Assembly: GCF_006345805.1 (NCBI RefSeq)
Contig: NW_021829588.1
Span: 1 to 38,155, forward strand
Source of the DNA: Octopus sinensis
Lineage: Eukaryota
Direction of reading: 5' to 3'
Length of the DNA stretch: 38,155 nucleotides
Shown here piece by piece: positions 1-11,310 of the stretch. A model generated the notes under the pieces. That model made no database searches and had not been told where the DNA came from. It was given only the letters and a program-made list of their open reading frames with translations. The translations under genes were made by a program, and so were the position numbers. Within the stretch, counting starts at the first letter, position 1, and each line of letters starts with the position of its first letter.

Positions 1-828
1 GAGAAGGAAATGTACTTATATTGGCTGGGTCAATAACAAAATAGAACGCCTTCCTGTGTATTGTTGTGTGTCAGACAGATGAGTGCAACAATCGTTGATG
101 AATGGATACGGGACACACTGCACAAAATAACAACGTTATAAAAATACAATAATGTTAAGGACGATAATGATGATGACGATGATGATGATGACGACGATGA
201 TGGTGATGTTGATGATGATGATTGTAATAACAGAGTTGGTTATAAAAGGTACTTGATGTCCAGTCGGTACATTCAAGTTGTTACTGGTGTAGTTATTTGT
301 GGTGTTATATTTTCGCTATTTTTTTTTTTTTTTTGGTTTTTGTTTGTGTTAGTTGTGGCGGTGTTGGTGGTTTTAATGTTGACGGAGGTTTTCATTATTA
401 TTGCAAGTTGAAGTCTAGTCAATGGCGCCAGTTCGATATTGTATCGATTGAGTAATTGCTGCATGGAATGTATAAATATATTTGTGTGTATGTATGTATG
501 TATGTATGTATATATAAATATATATATATGTATATATTACACATATATGTTATAATAAATATATATACATGCGTGTACATACTTATTATATATATATATA
601 TATGATATATATATATTATATATATATACGTATATATATGTGGCGTGTGTGTATTATATATTATGTACATGCGTTTACATAGTTATTCATATAAATATCA
701 CATATATATATATACATCATAATATATATATGAATTTATATACATGCATGTACAGTCTCATATATATATATATAATATATATAATATATATATATATATT
801 AGACACACAAGTATATGTGTGTGTATGA

Positions 829-862
<34 letters not shown>

Positions 863-1204
863 GTGTATGAGAGGGAAGGTAGAGCGAAAATTACAATATT
901 ACACTCTTCATTCTGTTTTTCATTTGTTTGGTGTATCACGTCTTCTCTGAGTGCGATTTGCTGCTGCTGTTGTTGTTTTTGTTGTTGTTTAGCGATCATG
1001 ACTGTTCTCATTGAACTGCTTTATGATGGACGAATTATTCCCTCCATGACCATCCTGAAAATAAGTAGATGTCATGAGAATCAGAGAAACTAAAAGTACA
1101 GAAATGAACAATCGATAAGGAAGGCGTCGGGGAGCGAGGAAAACCTAATGTCCTACCGTCAAGGTCTCCAAAATTTTGTTCCTGGTCAATGCCAAGGAGC
1201 AATC

Positions 1205-1578
1205 GTGGCACTCCGTCGGTTACGACAACGAGGGCTCCAGTTGATACGATCAACGGAGCAGCCTGCTGGTGAAATTAACGTGCAAGTGGCTGAGCACTCT
1301 ACAGACACGTGTACGCTTAACGTAGTTCTCGGGGAGATTCAACGTAACAGAGTGTGACAAGGCTGGCCCTTTGAAATACAGGTACAACAGAAACAGGAAG
1401 AAAGAGTGAAAGTTGTTGGGAAAGAATACAGCAGGCTTTGTCACCATCCGCTGCCGGAGTTTCATGGAAATTTAGATGTTTTCACTCAATAAACACTCAC
1501 AGCGCCCGGTCTGGGAATCGAAACTGCGATCCTACGACCGCGAGTCCGCTGCCCTAACCACTAGGCCATTGCGCCTCC
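1205..1578 (-). mobile_element. tRNA-derived SINE, family B (OR-type octopus SINE-like), full length
   Basis: Minus strand begins ggaggcgcaatggcctagtggttagggcagcggactcgcgg...tttcgattccc, a tRNA-like head with A and B boxes. Body and 3' end (ccctcgttgtcgtaaccgacggagtgcc) match the copies at 29677-30022 and 34029-34409. The family name is from recall. Confidence 0.9.
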
Positions 1579-1675
1579 AATCCAAAGAACAGTAAACGAA
1601 GGAAAATACTTAACGCAAAGGAGGAATTATCAAAAAAAAAAAAAAAACACAAGAAAACATAAATTGTCCTACGTA

Positions 1676-1841
1676 GGCTTAGGAGTGGCTGTGTGGTAAA
1701 TATCTTGCTTACGAACCACATGGTTCCGGGTTCAGTCCCACTGCGTGGCACCTTCTACTATAGCCTCGGGCCGACCACAGCCTCGTGAGTGGATTTGATA
1801 GATGGAAACTGAAAGAAGCCCGTCGTATATTATATGTATAC

Positions 1842-1888
<47 letters not shown>

Positions 1889-2155
1889 ATATATAGATAT
1901 ATATATATATATATATATATATGTACGTATGTGTGCGTGTATATGTTTGGTGTGCCTGTGTTTATCCCCCAACATCACTTCACAACCGATGCTGGTGTGT
2001 TTACGTCCATACCTAGCGTTCGTCGGAAAGAGAACAATATAATAAATATTAGGCTTACAAACAATAAGTCTTAGGGTAGATTTGCTCGACTAAAGGCGGT
2101 GCTCCAGCATGGCCGTAGTCAAATGACTGAAACAAGTAAAAGAGCAAAAGAGTAA
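1676..2155 (+). mobile_element. SINE family A with internal (TA)n microsatellite
   Basis: Head aggagtggctgtgtggt...ggttccgggttcagtcccac, internal TA array at ~1826-1945, tail gctccagcatggccgtagtcaaatgactgaaacaagtaaaagag. Homologous copies at 8182, 13840, 17952, 25998 and 37808. Confidence 0.9.
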
Positions 2156-2399
2156 AGAGAGAACAGCAGAAGGAAGGAAGAAGAATGAGATTCATAGAAA
2201 CAATAACCATAAGAATAATAACAACAATAATCTTGGATGTCTGGCAATGTTTCGTTGGAATTCTACCAAAATCTCACAGATTGCACAATGAAGCGGTAAT
2301 ACATGACTCCTTCTTAAAGACAAGAAGTGTTTTTTTATAGAAGCGTTCGCGTGAGCTTACTCGAAATATCTGAAAAGTTTACCAAAGAAGTCTTTAATT

Positions 2400-2717
2400 G
2401 ACATTCCATCGGTTACGGCGACGAGGGTTCCAGCTGATCCGATCCTCGGAAGAGACTGCTGGTGTAATTGACTTGAAAGTGGTTGAGTACTTCGCAGACA
2501 CTTTTATCTTGAACGTGGTTCCCAAGAAGATTCAGTGCCACCTTGATGTAACAAGGTTGGCACTTTAATTACAGGTACGAATAATTTTTTACAGTTGAGT
2601 AGAATGGAGCAACGTGAAAATAAAGCGCCTTGCACAAGGACAGAACGCGCCACCTGATATCGAACACACGACCTTACGACCGTGGGCCGAGTACCCTAAC
2701 CACTAAGCCACGCACCT
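2400..2717 (-). mobile_element. tRNA-derived SINE, family D (CORE-like middle, 3' half shared with family B)
   Basis: Minus head ggtgcgtggcttagtggttagggtactcggcccacggtcgtaaggtcgtgtgttcgat, then gtccttgtgcaaggcgcttt (CORE-like), then the family B 3' tail ggaaccctcgtcgccgtaaccgatgga. Confidence 0.75.
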
Positions 2718-3401
2718 TCATACAATTCTGCAGGTACAATGATAAAATGACCATACAATCACATGTCCCTTGGATTATCAGTCCTAAATGACCGGAAAAT
2801 GAACGGTTTAAAGAAGTTAGGCAGATTTTATCACCGTTTTGCAAGCCAACATTTAGCAATTAAGAGCAGCATGTTTAAACAGACATTCTGTGGGATCGTC
2901 GTAGGTTAAGGGTCACATGATGATCACCCCCAACTCACAAATTTAAGGCGTGGTACCCTATCTTGTTACTTTATGTTTGGTTTTTGTTTGTCGGTATCTT
3001 TTTTTTTTAATCTTTGATTGACATATATTTTTATTGAAGAGAAATGATGACGACGACACCGAAGGCGATGATAAGAGCGATGACGACGACGATGATGATA
3101 AAGATGACGATGTTGGTGATGTTGACAGTGTCAGCTGTTCTCATGACCGTAACGAACATCTTGATGGGATCTGAACTGTGCGAAAGGTCATGACGATAAT
3201 GAGGAACTCCTATATTTATTTATACATACATATATGCACAGCTACACAGAGACAGACACACAAGCACACAGACACACAAGCACACAGACACACACATGTG
3301 TACATATATGAAATTACGAAAATGATTACATAAATATACACATATATAAGAGACTTATACTCAATTCACACAAGCGTAAATGTATGTAAATATATAAATA
3401 A

Positions 3402-3450
<49 letters not shown>

Positions 3451-3513
3451 TGTCTATGCATGCATATATGTATACACACTCACGCATATATATTCATACA
3501 TACATATACATAC

Positions 3514-3548
<35 letters not shown>

Positions 3549-3642
3549 CACATAGACGGGCGTGTCTGTGTGTCTATGTGTTAATTACTGGGGATGACGT
3601 AATCGATTATCTCGTCTCGAAATTGATGGTCTTGTGCCAATA

Positions 3643-3675
<33 letters not shown>

Positions 3676-3825
3676 ATATATATGGCCACAGCTCATAGCT
3701 GAAACTGGAAAAATCAAAATCAAAATCATATATATATGTATAAACACAAATATATATATACACATATAAATATATGCATATATATATATATACACATATA
3801 TATATATATGTCTCTATATGTATAT

Positions 3826-3890
3826 ATTTATTTCTTTATTGCCCAGAGGAGGTTAAATGTAGAGGGGACAAACAAGGACAGACAAATACA
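3826..3890 (-). mobile_element. 3' tail fragment of SINE family C
   Basis: ttctttattgccc...agaggggacaaacaaggacagaca matches the tail of the copy at 18567-18620. Confidence 0.55.
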
Positions 3891-3899
3891 AATGTAGAG

Positions 3900-4315
3900 C
3901 TTTTCTATTCGAAGATGGAAAAATGAAAAAGAAAAAGAAAAGGCAACAAATGTAAAATTTCGATCAAAAGGGACCGGAAAAAAAAGCGATCAAAAGGGAT
4001 CGTGTATCACAGAAATAATTTTTTTTTTAAAGTAACAAACAAGATTAGGTTCATCCGTGGAAAGAAAAACCTACAAAAATAACCACGGTAACCCCAGGCA
4101 AGGAGGAAAAAAAACGCATGAGAGCAAAGTGCTCCCTCTCTCTTTTACGATTTACAGGATCATGCTCAAAGTGGTTTCGTCAATCGCACGCACCATCTTT
4201 GCTACATTCACCCACCTTTTTTTGAAACTTTCACGAGACAAAACCTGCCTCTCTATTCTCACCTTCCTTTTCAAGTGCTACTTGAAAAAGTTGATGAGCG
4301 ATTGGCCAGATGGAT
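3900..4315 (-). mobile_element. 3' end of a Tx1/L1-clade LINE (ORF2 C-terminus plus 3' UTR), decayed
   Basis: Minus translation SGQSLINFFK*HLKRKVRIERQVLSRESFKKRWVNVAKMVRAIDETTLSMIL* resembles the Tx1-type ORF2 terminus (R..ER......F.KRW) and has one premature stop. It is followed by a T-rich UTR with a duplicated 13-mer (3961-3973, 3987-3999). Confidence 0.6.
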
Positions 4316-4319
4316 AGAT

Positions 4320-4343
4320 GAGAGAGAGAGAGAGAGAGAAATG

Positions 4344-4427
<84 letters not shown>

Positions 4428-4450
4428 TAGATATAGATATAGATATATAT
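4320..4450. repeat. (GA)n + (GATA)n microsatellite
   Basis: Directly visible. Confidence 0.95.
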
Positions 4451-4639
4451 TATACTCTATACACTGTATTGAGTTCTATAGGTGAGAGTAGTTTAATCAA
4501 CACCTAACATACCGGCATTTATATTGAACACTCACACAATACGATAGAACTACACAACAACCACACATATACTTACACTCACACATAGATGCGCATACAG
4601 CCGAAGCAGGCACACGCACACACATATACACATCCTTCG

Positions 4640-4640
4640 T

Positions 4641-4686
<46 letters not shown>

Positions 4687-4762
4687 TCTCTCCCTCTTAC
4701 ACTCACATCAACACACACATTTGTTGTTTTTCTGTTCAGTTTATACGTATTAATATGTACAC

Positions 4763-4805
<43 letters not shown>

Positions 4806-5070
4806 CATATACACACATATATATATATATGTATGTATGTATGCATATCTAAATCTCTATATATATATACATACATACATACATACATATATATATGTAT
4901 ATATGTATATATATATATATGTATGTATATGTATATATATGTGTGTGTATGTGTATATATATATATATATATGTATAAATATATGTATGTATGTGTATAT
5001 ATATATATGTATGCATATATATGTGTGTGAATATATGTATGAATGTATGTACGTATGTAAATGTATGTAT

Positions 5071-5105
<35 letters not shown>

Positions 5106-5242
5106 CAAACATACATATATGAACTTTGCGTATATATCAATATGTAGATGCGTGTGTGTTTGTGTGTGTGTGTGGGGGGGGTCTGTGCATATGTATCCAT
5201 CTATCTATGTAGCTATCGCCTCTCCCCTTTCTCTCTGTAGTC

Positions 5243-5275
<33 letters not shown>

Positions 5276-5390
5276 TATGTATGTGTGTGTATATATATAC
5301 ATTGACACACACACACTTACACACATACATACATACTTACATACATACAATCACATATGTATATATGCATTCCTTTTCACACACCAATAT
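4640..5390. repeat. (CT)n followed by compound (TA)n/(CA)n/(TACA)n microsatellite field
   Basis: Directly visible; it produces the Y/I-rich spurious ORFs. Confidence 0.95.
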
Positions 5391-5959
5391 CAATATCTGG
5401 CCTTTCTGACCTTGAGTTCATGCAAAAATCGTAGGCATTCGCCAGCCTAATTAAACATCTGCAACGCACGTTAATGCATTTCTGCCTTTCCACCATTGTG
5501 AGACTCAGCATGGATCCAGCGGAATATTTTCAAATTAAAACTGCGCTAGTCATATCTTTCCTGCAAAGGTTGTAAAGGTTAGTAAGAGAGGCGGAACTTT
5601 GAATTGAACAGGTGTTACTAATGAATTCTGCTCACAGCTCTCGTTCTCGTCTTCCCCTCTGTGTCTCCGTGTCTGTCTCTCTGTGTCTCTGTCTCTTTCC
5701 CATCATCTTTTCTCCTCTCTATCTCTCTTCGCTCTTTCTTTAATCTTCTTTCTTACGTTCCCGTTCGTTCTTTCACCGCAAAAATCTGTATTTTTACAAA
5801 TAATTTTACAAATACAAGCGAGCAATATGCGGCACGAGATTTCCCACATATCAACTGCGAAAGGAAAACCGCTATTAACATAGGAATGTGAGAGGCGGTG
5901 GGGGTGGGGGAACAAAACAACAACAAAAATAAAAACTAATAATAATAATGATAAAAATA

Positions 5960-6078
5960 TCTAGTACTGCTACTGCTGCTACCACCACCTGCACCACCAG
6001 CACTGCCACCATCACCGCCACCGCCGCCTCCGAATCCGCCTCCGCCTTCGCCGCCGCCCCCACGCCCTCGCCTCCCCC

Positions 6079-6116
<38 letters not shown>

Positions 6117-6140
6117 ACCACCACCACCACCACCACCACC

Positions 6141-6187
<47 letters not shown>

Positions 6188-6200
6188 CACCACCACCACC

Positions 6201-6245
<45 letters not shown>
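5960..6245. repeat. Compound trinucleotide array (GCC)n-(ACC)n-(ACT)n-(ACC)n-(ACT)n
   Basis: Directly visible; 6121-6180 and 6181-6240 are nearly identical. Confidence 0.95.
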
Positions 6246-6246
<1 letters not shown>

Positions 6247-6414
6247 AAGCAGTGTTTGCAACTATTTTGCTTAAATGGCACTCCGAATATCTCTTGAACA
6301 CAGGTTCAATTTTCGCTTGCGTCTACTTAATTTACTCGTATTTTAGCTTGGTCATAGAATAAGGAAGGAATCGATTAAAAAGATGTTTTAATAAATTTGT
6401 GCTGCTGTTCGAAC

Positions 6415-6857
6415 GGCCAGTTGGAGGAATCGTTAAATACGCCGGACAAAATGCTGAGCGACATTTTCGACCGTCTTTACGTTGCGAGTTCAAATTCCTC
6501 CGACGTCGACTTTGCCTTTCATCCCTATCGCGGTTGATAAAAATAAGTGCCAGTTGAAAGCTAGGGTCGATGTAATCGACTTACCCCAACACCCAGAATT
6601 GCTAGCCTTGTACCAAAACTATAAATTAATGTTATTGTTCAGGCGACGAGCTTAGCAGAATCGTGTACCACGTCGTACAAAATGTTTAGCTACATTTCGG
6701 ACGTCTTTACGTTCTGAGTTCAAATCCCGCCATGGTCGACTTTGCCTCTCATTTATTTAGGGTTTAATAAAGTAAGTGCCAGTTAAGCAATGCAGTCGAT
6801 GTCATCGATTTACCCCTCCCCTCAAAAACTGCTGGCCTTGTGCCATAATTTGAAACC
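6415..6857 (+). mobile_element. Two head-to-tail diverged SINE family C copies (6415-6620, 6642-6857)
   Basis: Each has gaatcgt...gtctttacgtt(g/c)(c/t)gagttcaaat...gtcgactttgcct...gtcgatgt(a/c)atcga...gccttgt(a/g)cca. Confidence 0.8.
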
Positions 6858-6863
6858 AATGAA

Positions 6864-6969
6864 TATGTAGTCTGTATTATTTGTCTACTTAGCAAACTGT
6901 CATGAATAAAGTTTAGTTAAAAATGGCAGACCTCGAAGGGATTGGAACAGGATTCGATGCGTGGTTATG
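6864..6969. repeat. 106-bp direct repeat, copy 1 (copy 2 at 9253-9358)
   Basis: Ungapped alignment with 7 mismatches in 106 bp and a 49-bp identical core. Confidence 0.9.
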
Positions 6970-7217
6970 TATTAATCGAACAAAATTATCTATTAACGAA
7001 GTTCAAGACATGATTGTTTCGGCTTTTTCCTTTTTACTAACACAATGTATCTAGGAGTACACTAACTCACAAGCATTTCTTTGCTTAAACTGCGAGGCTC
7101 ATATTTAGCCAACACACTCCTGCTCTGTCTAGCACCTTGATGACCACGTACACGCTTTTCTCTATGGCTCAAGATACTCCTCTATACACATGCGTCTATG
7201 TGTGAATGTATGGATGT

Positions 7218-7455
7218 GTAGAAGTGCGTAGCTTAGTGGTTAGGGTGTTCGACTGATGGTCGTAAGATGGTGGCTTTCGATTATTGGCGCCAGCAATGCG
7301 TGGTGTTCTTGCACAAAACACATCATTCCTTATTGTTCCGGTCCATTCAGCTTGCAAAAATCAGTTATTCTGCAACAGGTCGGCTTCACGTCTGGGTTTG
7401 GGGAATATATACACCGGGAAACCGGCTTTATGAACTAATGCCACGGGAAGGAGCG
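7218..7455 (+). mobile_element. Degenerate tRNA-derived SINE (family D-like head)
   Basis: gtgcgtagcttagtggttagggtgttcgactgatggtcgtaagatgg...ttcgatt followed by gtgttcttgcacaaaacac, a decayed version of the 2717 head. Confidence 0.55.
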
Positions 7456-7678
7456 TACGTATCTATGTGTGTATGTATGTATTTATGTATGCATGTATGT
7501 CTTTGTTTAGTTTTATTTCAAGATTTCTTGCCAATAGAGAAAGAACCGGTTTCTAAACTCGATCCAAGTTTCCTTCTTTGGAATTTCAGCATCAACAACA
7601 GGGTATGTATGTATGTATGTATGTATGTATGTATGTATGTATGTATGTATGTATGTATGTATGTATATATGTATGTAT

Positions 7679-8075
7679 GGGAAGGGTCTTCCTTTGATTC
7701 TGACATGCAATCTCTGTGCAAGACCCTGCCTCAGTAAAGCTGGTTCGTAGTCATAAAACGAGACAGATGAGTGACAACCTGGCCACTGGTGGTGGTGTAA
7801 CACACCATGCTAATCATATCTGTCGGGCATGTGGAAGAGAGTGTAATTCGGCAGGAGGACTTAAACGACGTGCAAAGGTACATGAAACCCAGTTACAACT
7901 ACAGCCGGCTATTACCGGTAAAGGTTTTAGTTACCAATTTTGTACAAGACATTGTAGATCTTTAGCTGGGCTAAAAAGTCACATTCGATAACAGCACCAG
8001 TAACAGTTAAGCTTCGTGCAATGGCCATACTCGATAACGAGGGGGCAGCCATAATGTATGTATGTATGTATGTAT
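7679..8075 (+). mobile_element. 5'-truncated RTE-like LINE 3' end with three C2H2-type motifs and (ATGT)n tail
   Basis: Translations TCNLCARPCLSKAG[frameshift]RSHK, HICRACGRECNSAGGLKRRAKVH and FSYQFCTRHCRSLAGLKSHIR* resemble the RTE C-terminal CxxCxxxxxSxxGLxSH motif. A short 3' UTR (ggccatactcgataacgagggggcagccat) leads into the microsatellite tail. Confidence 0.7.
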
Positions 8076-8181
8076 GAATATGTGCAGCTTTCTATGCTTT
8101 GCTTTATGTATGTATGTATGAATTGTCCAAAACACTGTTGAGAAGCGCCTTACAACAAAAGTTGGTCTCTTGAAGAACAAA

Positions 8182-8368
8182 GCGCAGGCTTGGTCGTGTC
8201 ACAAGAAGTTTACTTCCAAATCACAGCTCTACGTGGCACCTTGGGCAAGTGTCTTCTACTATAGTCTCGGTCCGACTAAAACTATGTGAGTGAATTTGGT
8301 AGACGGAAACTAAAGGAAGCCTGTCGTGTATACATCTCTCTCTTTCTCTCTGCCTCTCTCTCTGCCCT

Positions 8369-8410
<42 letters not shown>

Positions 8411-8625
8411 AATGTGTGTGTGTCTTCGTATATATATTTGCTCCCTACCACTGCTTGACAATCGGTGTTAGTGTGTTTACGTCCCCGTAATTTGATTCGG
8501 AGAAAAATACTGATAAATTAAGTGCCAAACTTTTGAAAAAACAGACAACTGGGATCTATTTGATCGATGAAATTCTTTCACATGATGCCCCAGTATGGTC
8601 GCAGGCCAAGAGTGAAGCAAGCAAA
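8182..8625 (+). mobile_element. Diverged SINE family A copy
   Basis: gtggcaccttgggcaagtgtcttctactatag...gtagacggaaact, internal (CT)/(TA) array, gtgtttacgtccccgtaa. Confidence 0.8.
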
Positions 8626-8925
8626 ATATATAGAAAAAACTTGCAACCAAAAACGAAATAAACAAAAAAAGCAACAGAGATTCAAGGTGCGGCTGAACAA
8701 CCTCCCATATTTCACAGGGCCACTGTTGTGGTCCTAATATTGTTAGATAGATTATGAAGATGGCTTCCTGTAGATAATCTCTCACAGTTTATTGCCAGCT
8801 GGCATTATTGTTTGTATTCTTGAACGGTATGAAATACCTTTCGAAATATTTATCAATAATGTTGAAGGATTTTAGCGCACAGAGAGACACTTTGATCCAG
8901 AATATATGTGTGCGTGTGTGCGTGA

Positions 8926-8972
<47 letters not shown>

Positions 8973-9252
8973 CAGATAGTGAGTGAGTGAGCGAGAAAGA
9001 ATGCCATACTAAGAGAAACACAAGGAAAGAGAGAGAGAGAGAGAAAAAGAGGAATGTTGGCACCCGACATGTATCTATCTGTTGGAAAATTACCAAAGGA
9101 CAACATTATCTCGAATATAAATACAGATACTTGATTACTACCCTTTTAGCGATGATACTTTCATAATTTTGATATCCTATATCCTACTTCTCCCACGCTT
9201 GATAAGATCCAAACATATTTCTCTCTATTTATATTAACAGAATCAACATTTC

Positions 9253-9358
9253 TATGTTGTCTGTATTACTTGTCTACTTAGCAAACTGTCATGAATAAAG
9301 TTTAGTTAAAAATGGCAGGCCTCGAAGGGACTGGAACAGAATTCGTTGCGTGTTTATG
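9253..9358. repeat. 106-bp direct repeat, copy 2
   Basis: See 6864-6969. Confidence 0.9.
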
Positions 9359-9507
9359 AATCATGGTGCGGAACTACGAGGTAACGGGTTCGATACCAAC
9401 GCACGGCAATTTGGACAAATATCTTGCATTGCAAGCACAAGATGGTCAGTTAGACTTCCAGAACAATTCGTCAGACAAAGACTGTACGGAAGTTCCTTGC
9501 AAATATG

Positions 9508-9553
<46 letters not shown>

Positions 9554-10063
9554 ATACAAAATGGGACAAGAACGCAAAACATCCGGACAGCTAGGTGATA
9601 CAGAAAGAGAGAACAAACATCCAGATAGACGATACAAAGAAAATAAGGACGGGTCATTCGAAGTTTTCTTTCCTCAGTCAAGCACCAGATTATCCTCGCA
9701 TTTTCGGCTGATTATTCTTGAGATTGTTCCAATGTGGCCAGCCCCAAGGAAAAACTAAGCTTAAATTCCTTGGAAGAAAGCAGCGAATGTATACAAAAAC
9801 AAGGACGGAACAAACGGACAATGTTACACAAATATAATACAATAAAAATAATAACAGGATATCTCTCTCTCTCTCTCTCTCTTCGGTCTCTCTCATCTCT
9901 ATATATATATATAATATATATATATTATATATATATATATATATATTATATAGTGTGTGTGTGTGTTGTATGTGTGTGTGTAGAAGGTTGAAAAGGAACA
10001 CACGAGTTGATATATATGGAAAAAAAGTCAAGTAGAAATATTAAAAATAATTTTATAAAAACA

Positions 10064-10105
10064 TTTCAGTACCGGTTTCAGTCATTGAGACTTTTTCAAC
10101 TGTAA
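10064..10105 (-). ncRNA. Candidate minimal type I hammerhead ribozyme with U3-A8 variant core
   Basis: Minus strand reads CAG UUGAAAA AGUC-ucaau-GACU GAAAC CG GUA CUG: stem I CAG/CUG, stem II 4 bp, GAAAC, palindromic ACCGGU stem III, GUA cleavage triplet. Confidence 0.55.
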
Positions 10106-10773
10106 GTATGGAAAGCAATTAAATTTTGGAAAAATTTTTTAAAATGTTTTTTAAATGAATATTTGCATAGTATTCAAATACAAGTTGCATTTTCCTTGTT
10201 TCTGCCTGTCTCTGTCACTCTTGCTTATTCTTGTGGGTTCGAGTTCGTTGTGAATTCTTGGCAGAGAAGAAGGAATATATATATATACGCACATATATAC
10301 ATATATGTACATATATATATACACATACATATATACATATATACTTATACGTAAGTGTGTGTGCATGTATATATATATGCATGTATCTACATAAGTATGC
10401 ATCTACGTATGTCCAGACATATATATGCAATATTATATATATACATACACGCACACACAGCCATACATACATATATATGTGTGTTTGTGTGTGTGTGTGC
10501 ATGTGTGTGTGCATGTGTGTGTGTGTGTGTGAAATTTGGGTGATAATTCAATAATCTCAAGCGTTTGTGTAAAGATTCATTGAGTGATTGCTTCCTAATC
10601 GAAGTGGCTTCAAGTGTCGAAGGGCCGCTGATATCCGATAATTAAAAACACTGAACATTGTATAATGAGGAAGTGGGGAGTCATTCACTTGAATAACTTA
10701 TCTCTTTAAGTCCATCGTTTTCTCAACAAATGTCTAACAATGCATTGGAACCCCAGTGACACCAGGTGCACAG

Positions 10774-10930
10774 GGCCTGAAATTTGGGCAAGAGGTCTTA
10801 TCGATCACATTAGCCAGATTGACTCTTCATTATATCGATCCCGAGAGAATGAAAGGCAACGTTGACATCGGCGATATTTGAACTCAGAACACGAAGAGCC
10901 AGTTTAAATGACATGAAGCATTTTGCCAGC
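10774..10930 (-). mobile_element. Diverged SINE family C copy
   Basis: gaatgaaaggcaacgttgacatcggcgatatttgaactcagaac matches the family C core in reverse. Confidence 0.7.
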
Positions 10931-10974
10931 TCATCACACTTTTAAAGATAATTATTTTAAAGAAATTTTTCAGA

Positions 10975-11310
10975 TTTTCGTGCAAGACCAGCAGTTTACG
11001 GAGAAATGTAATTCGATTACATTGACCCCATAGTAACCAATCGGTAGGACCTTTATTACTAATACTAAAGGCAAAGTTTTGGAGACGTGCGCTAGTGGAT
11101 TAAATTTACCCCTAGTATCCAATTGGTAGGGCCTTTATTACTAATACTACACGCAAAGTTTTGGAGACGTGCGCTTGTGGATTACATTGACCGCTGTGCT
11201 CAACTAGTATTTATTTTATTGACCCCGAAAAGGTGACGGGAAACGTCGGCTTCGGCAGAATTCAAACTCAGAGGAAATATTACTAAGCACTTTTAACCGA
11301 TTCGCTAACA
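10975..11310 (-). mobile_element. SINE family C remnant interrupted by an ~82-bp tandem duplication
   Basis: Family C motifs (gattacattgacc, ttattgaccccgaaa, aattcaaactcaga) flank a 2.2-copy 82-83-bp repeat at 11015-11192. Confidence 0.6.

Noticed and set aside
273-464. Minus ORF MQQLLNRYNIELAPLTRLQL...
   Set aside because: Short, with a low-complexity second half, no recognisable domain and no splice support.
985-1060. Possible minus-strand terminal exon after ttattttcag (DGHGGNNSSIIKQFNENSHDR*)
   Set aside because: Only 21 codons, no homology recognised, and no upstream exon identified.
419-1093. Cluster of Y/I/C/V-rich ORFs, and similar clusters near 3578, 4497, 10151, 12752, 13497, 17028, 19517, 24078, 24907, 29166, 35295 and 36035
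   Set aside because: These are translations of (TA)n, (CA)n and (CATA)n microsatellites, which lack stop codons in several frames.
5936-6301. Poly-V, poly-H, poly-G and poly-S ORFs
   Set aside because: Products of the trinucleotide array.
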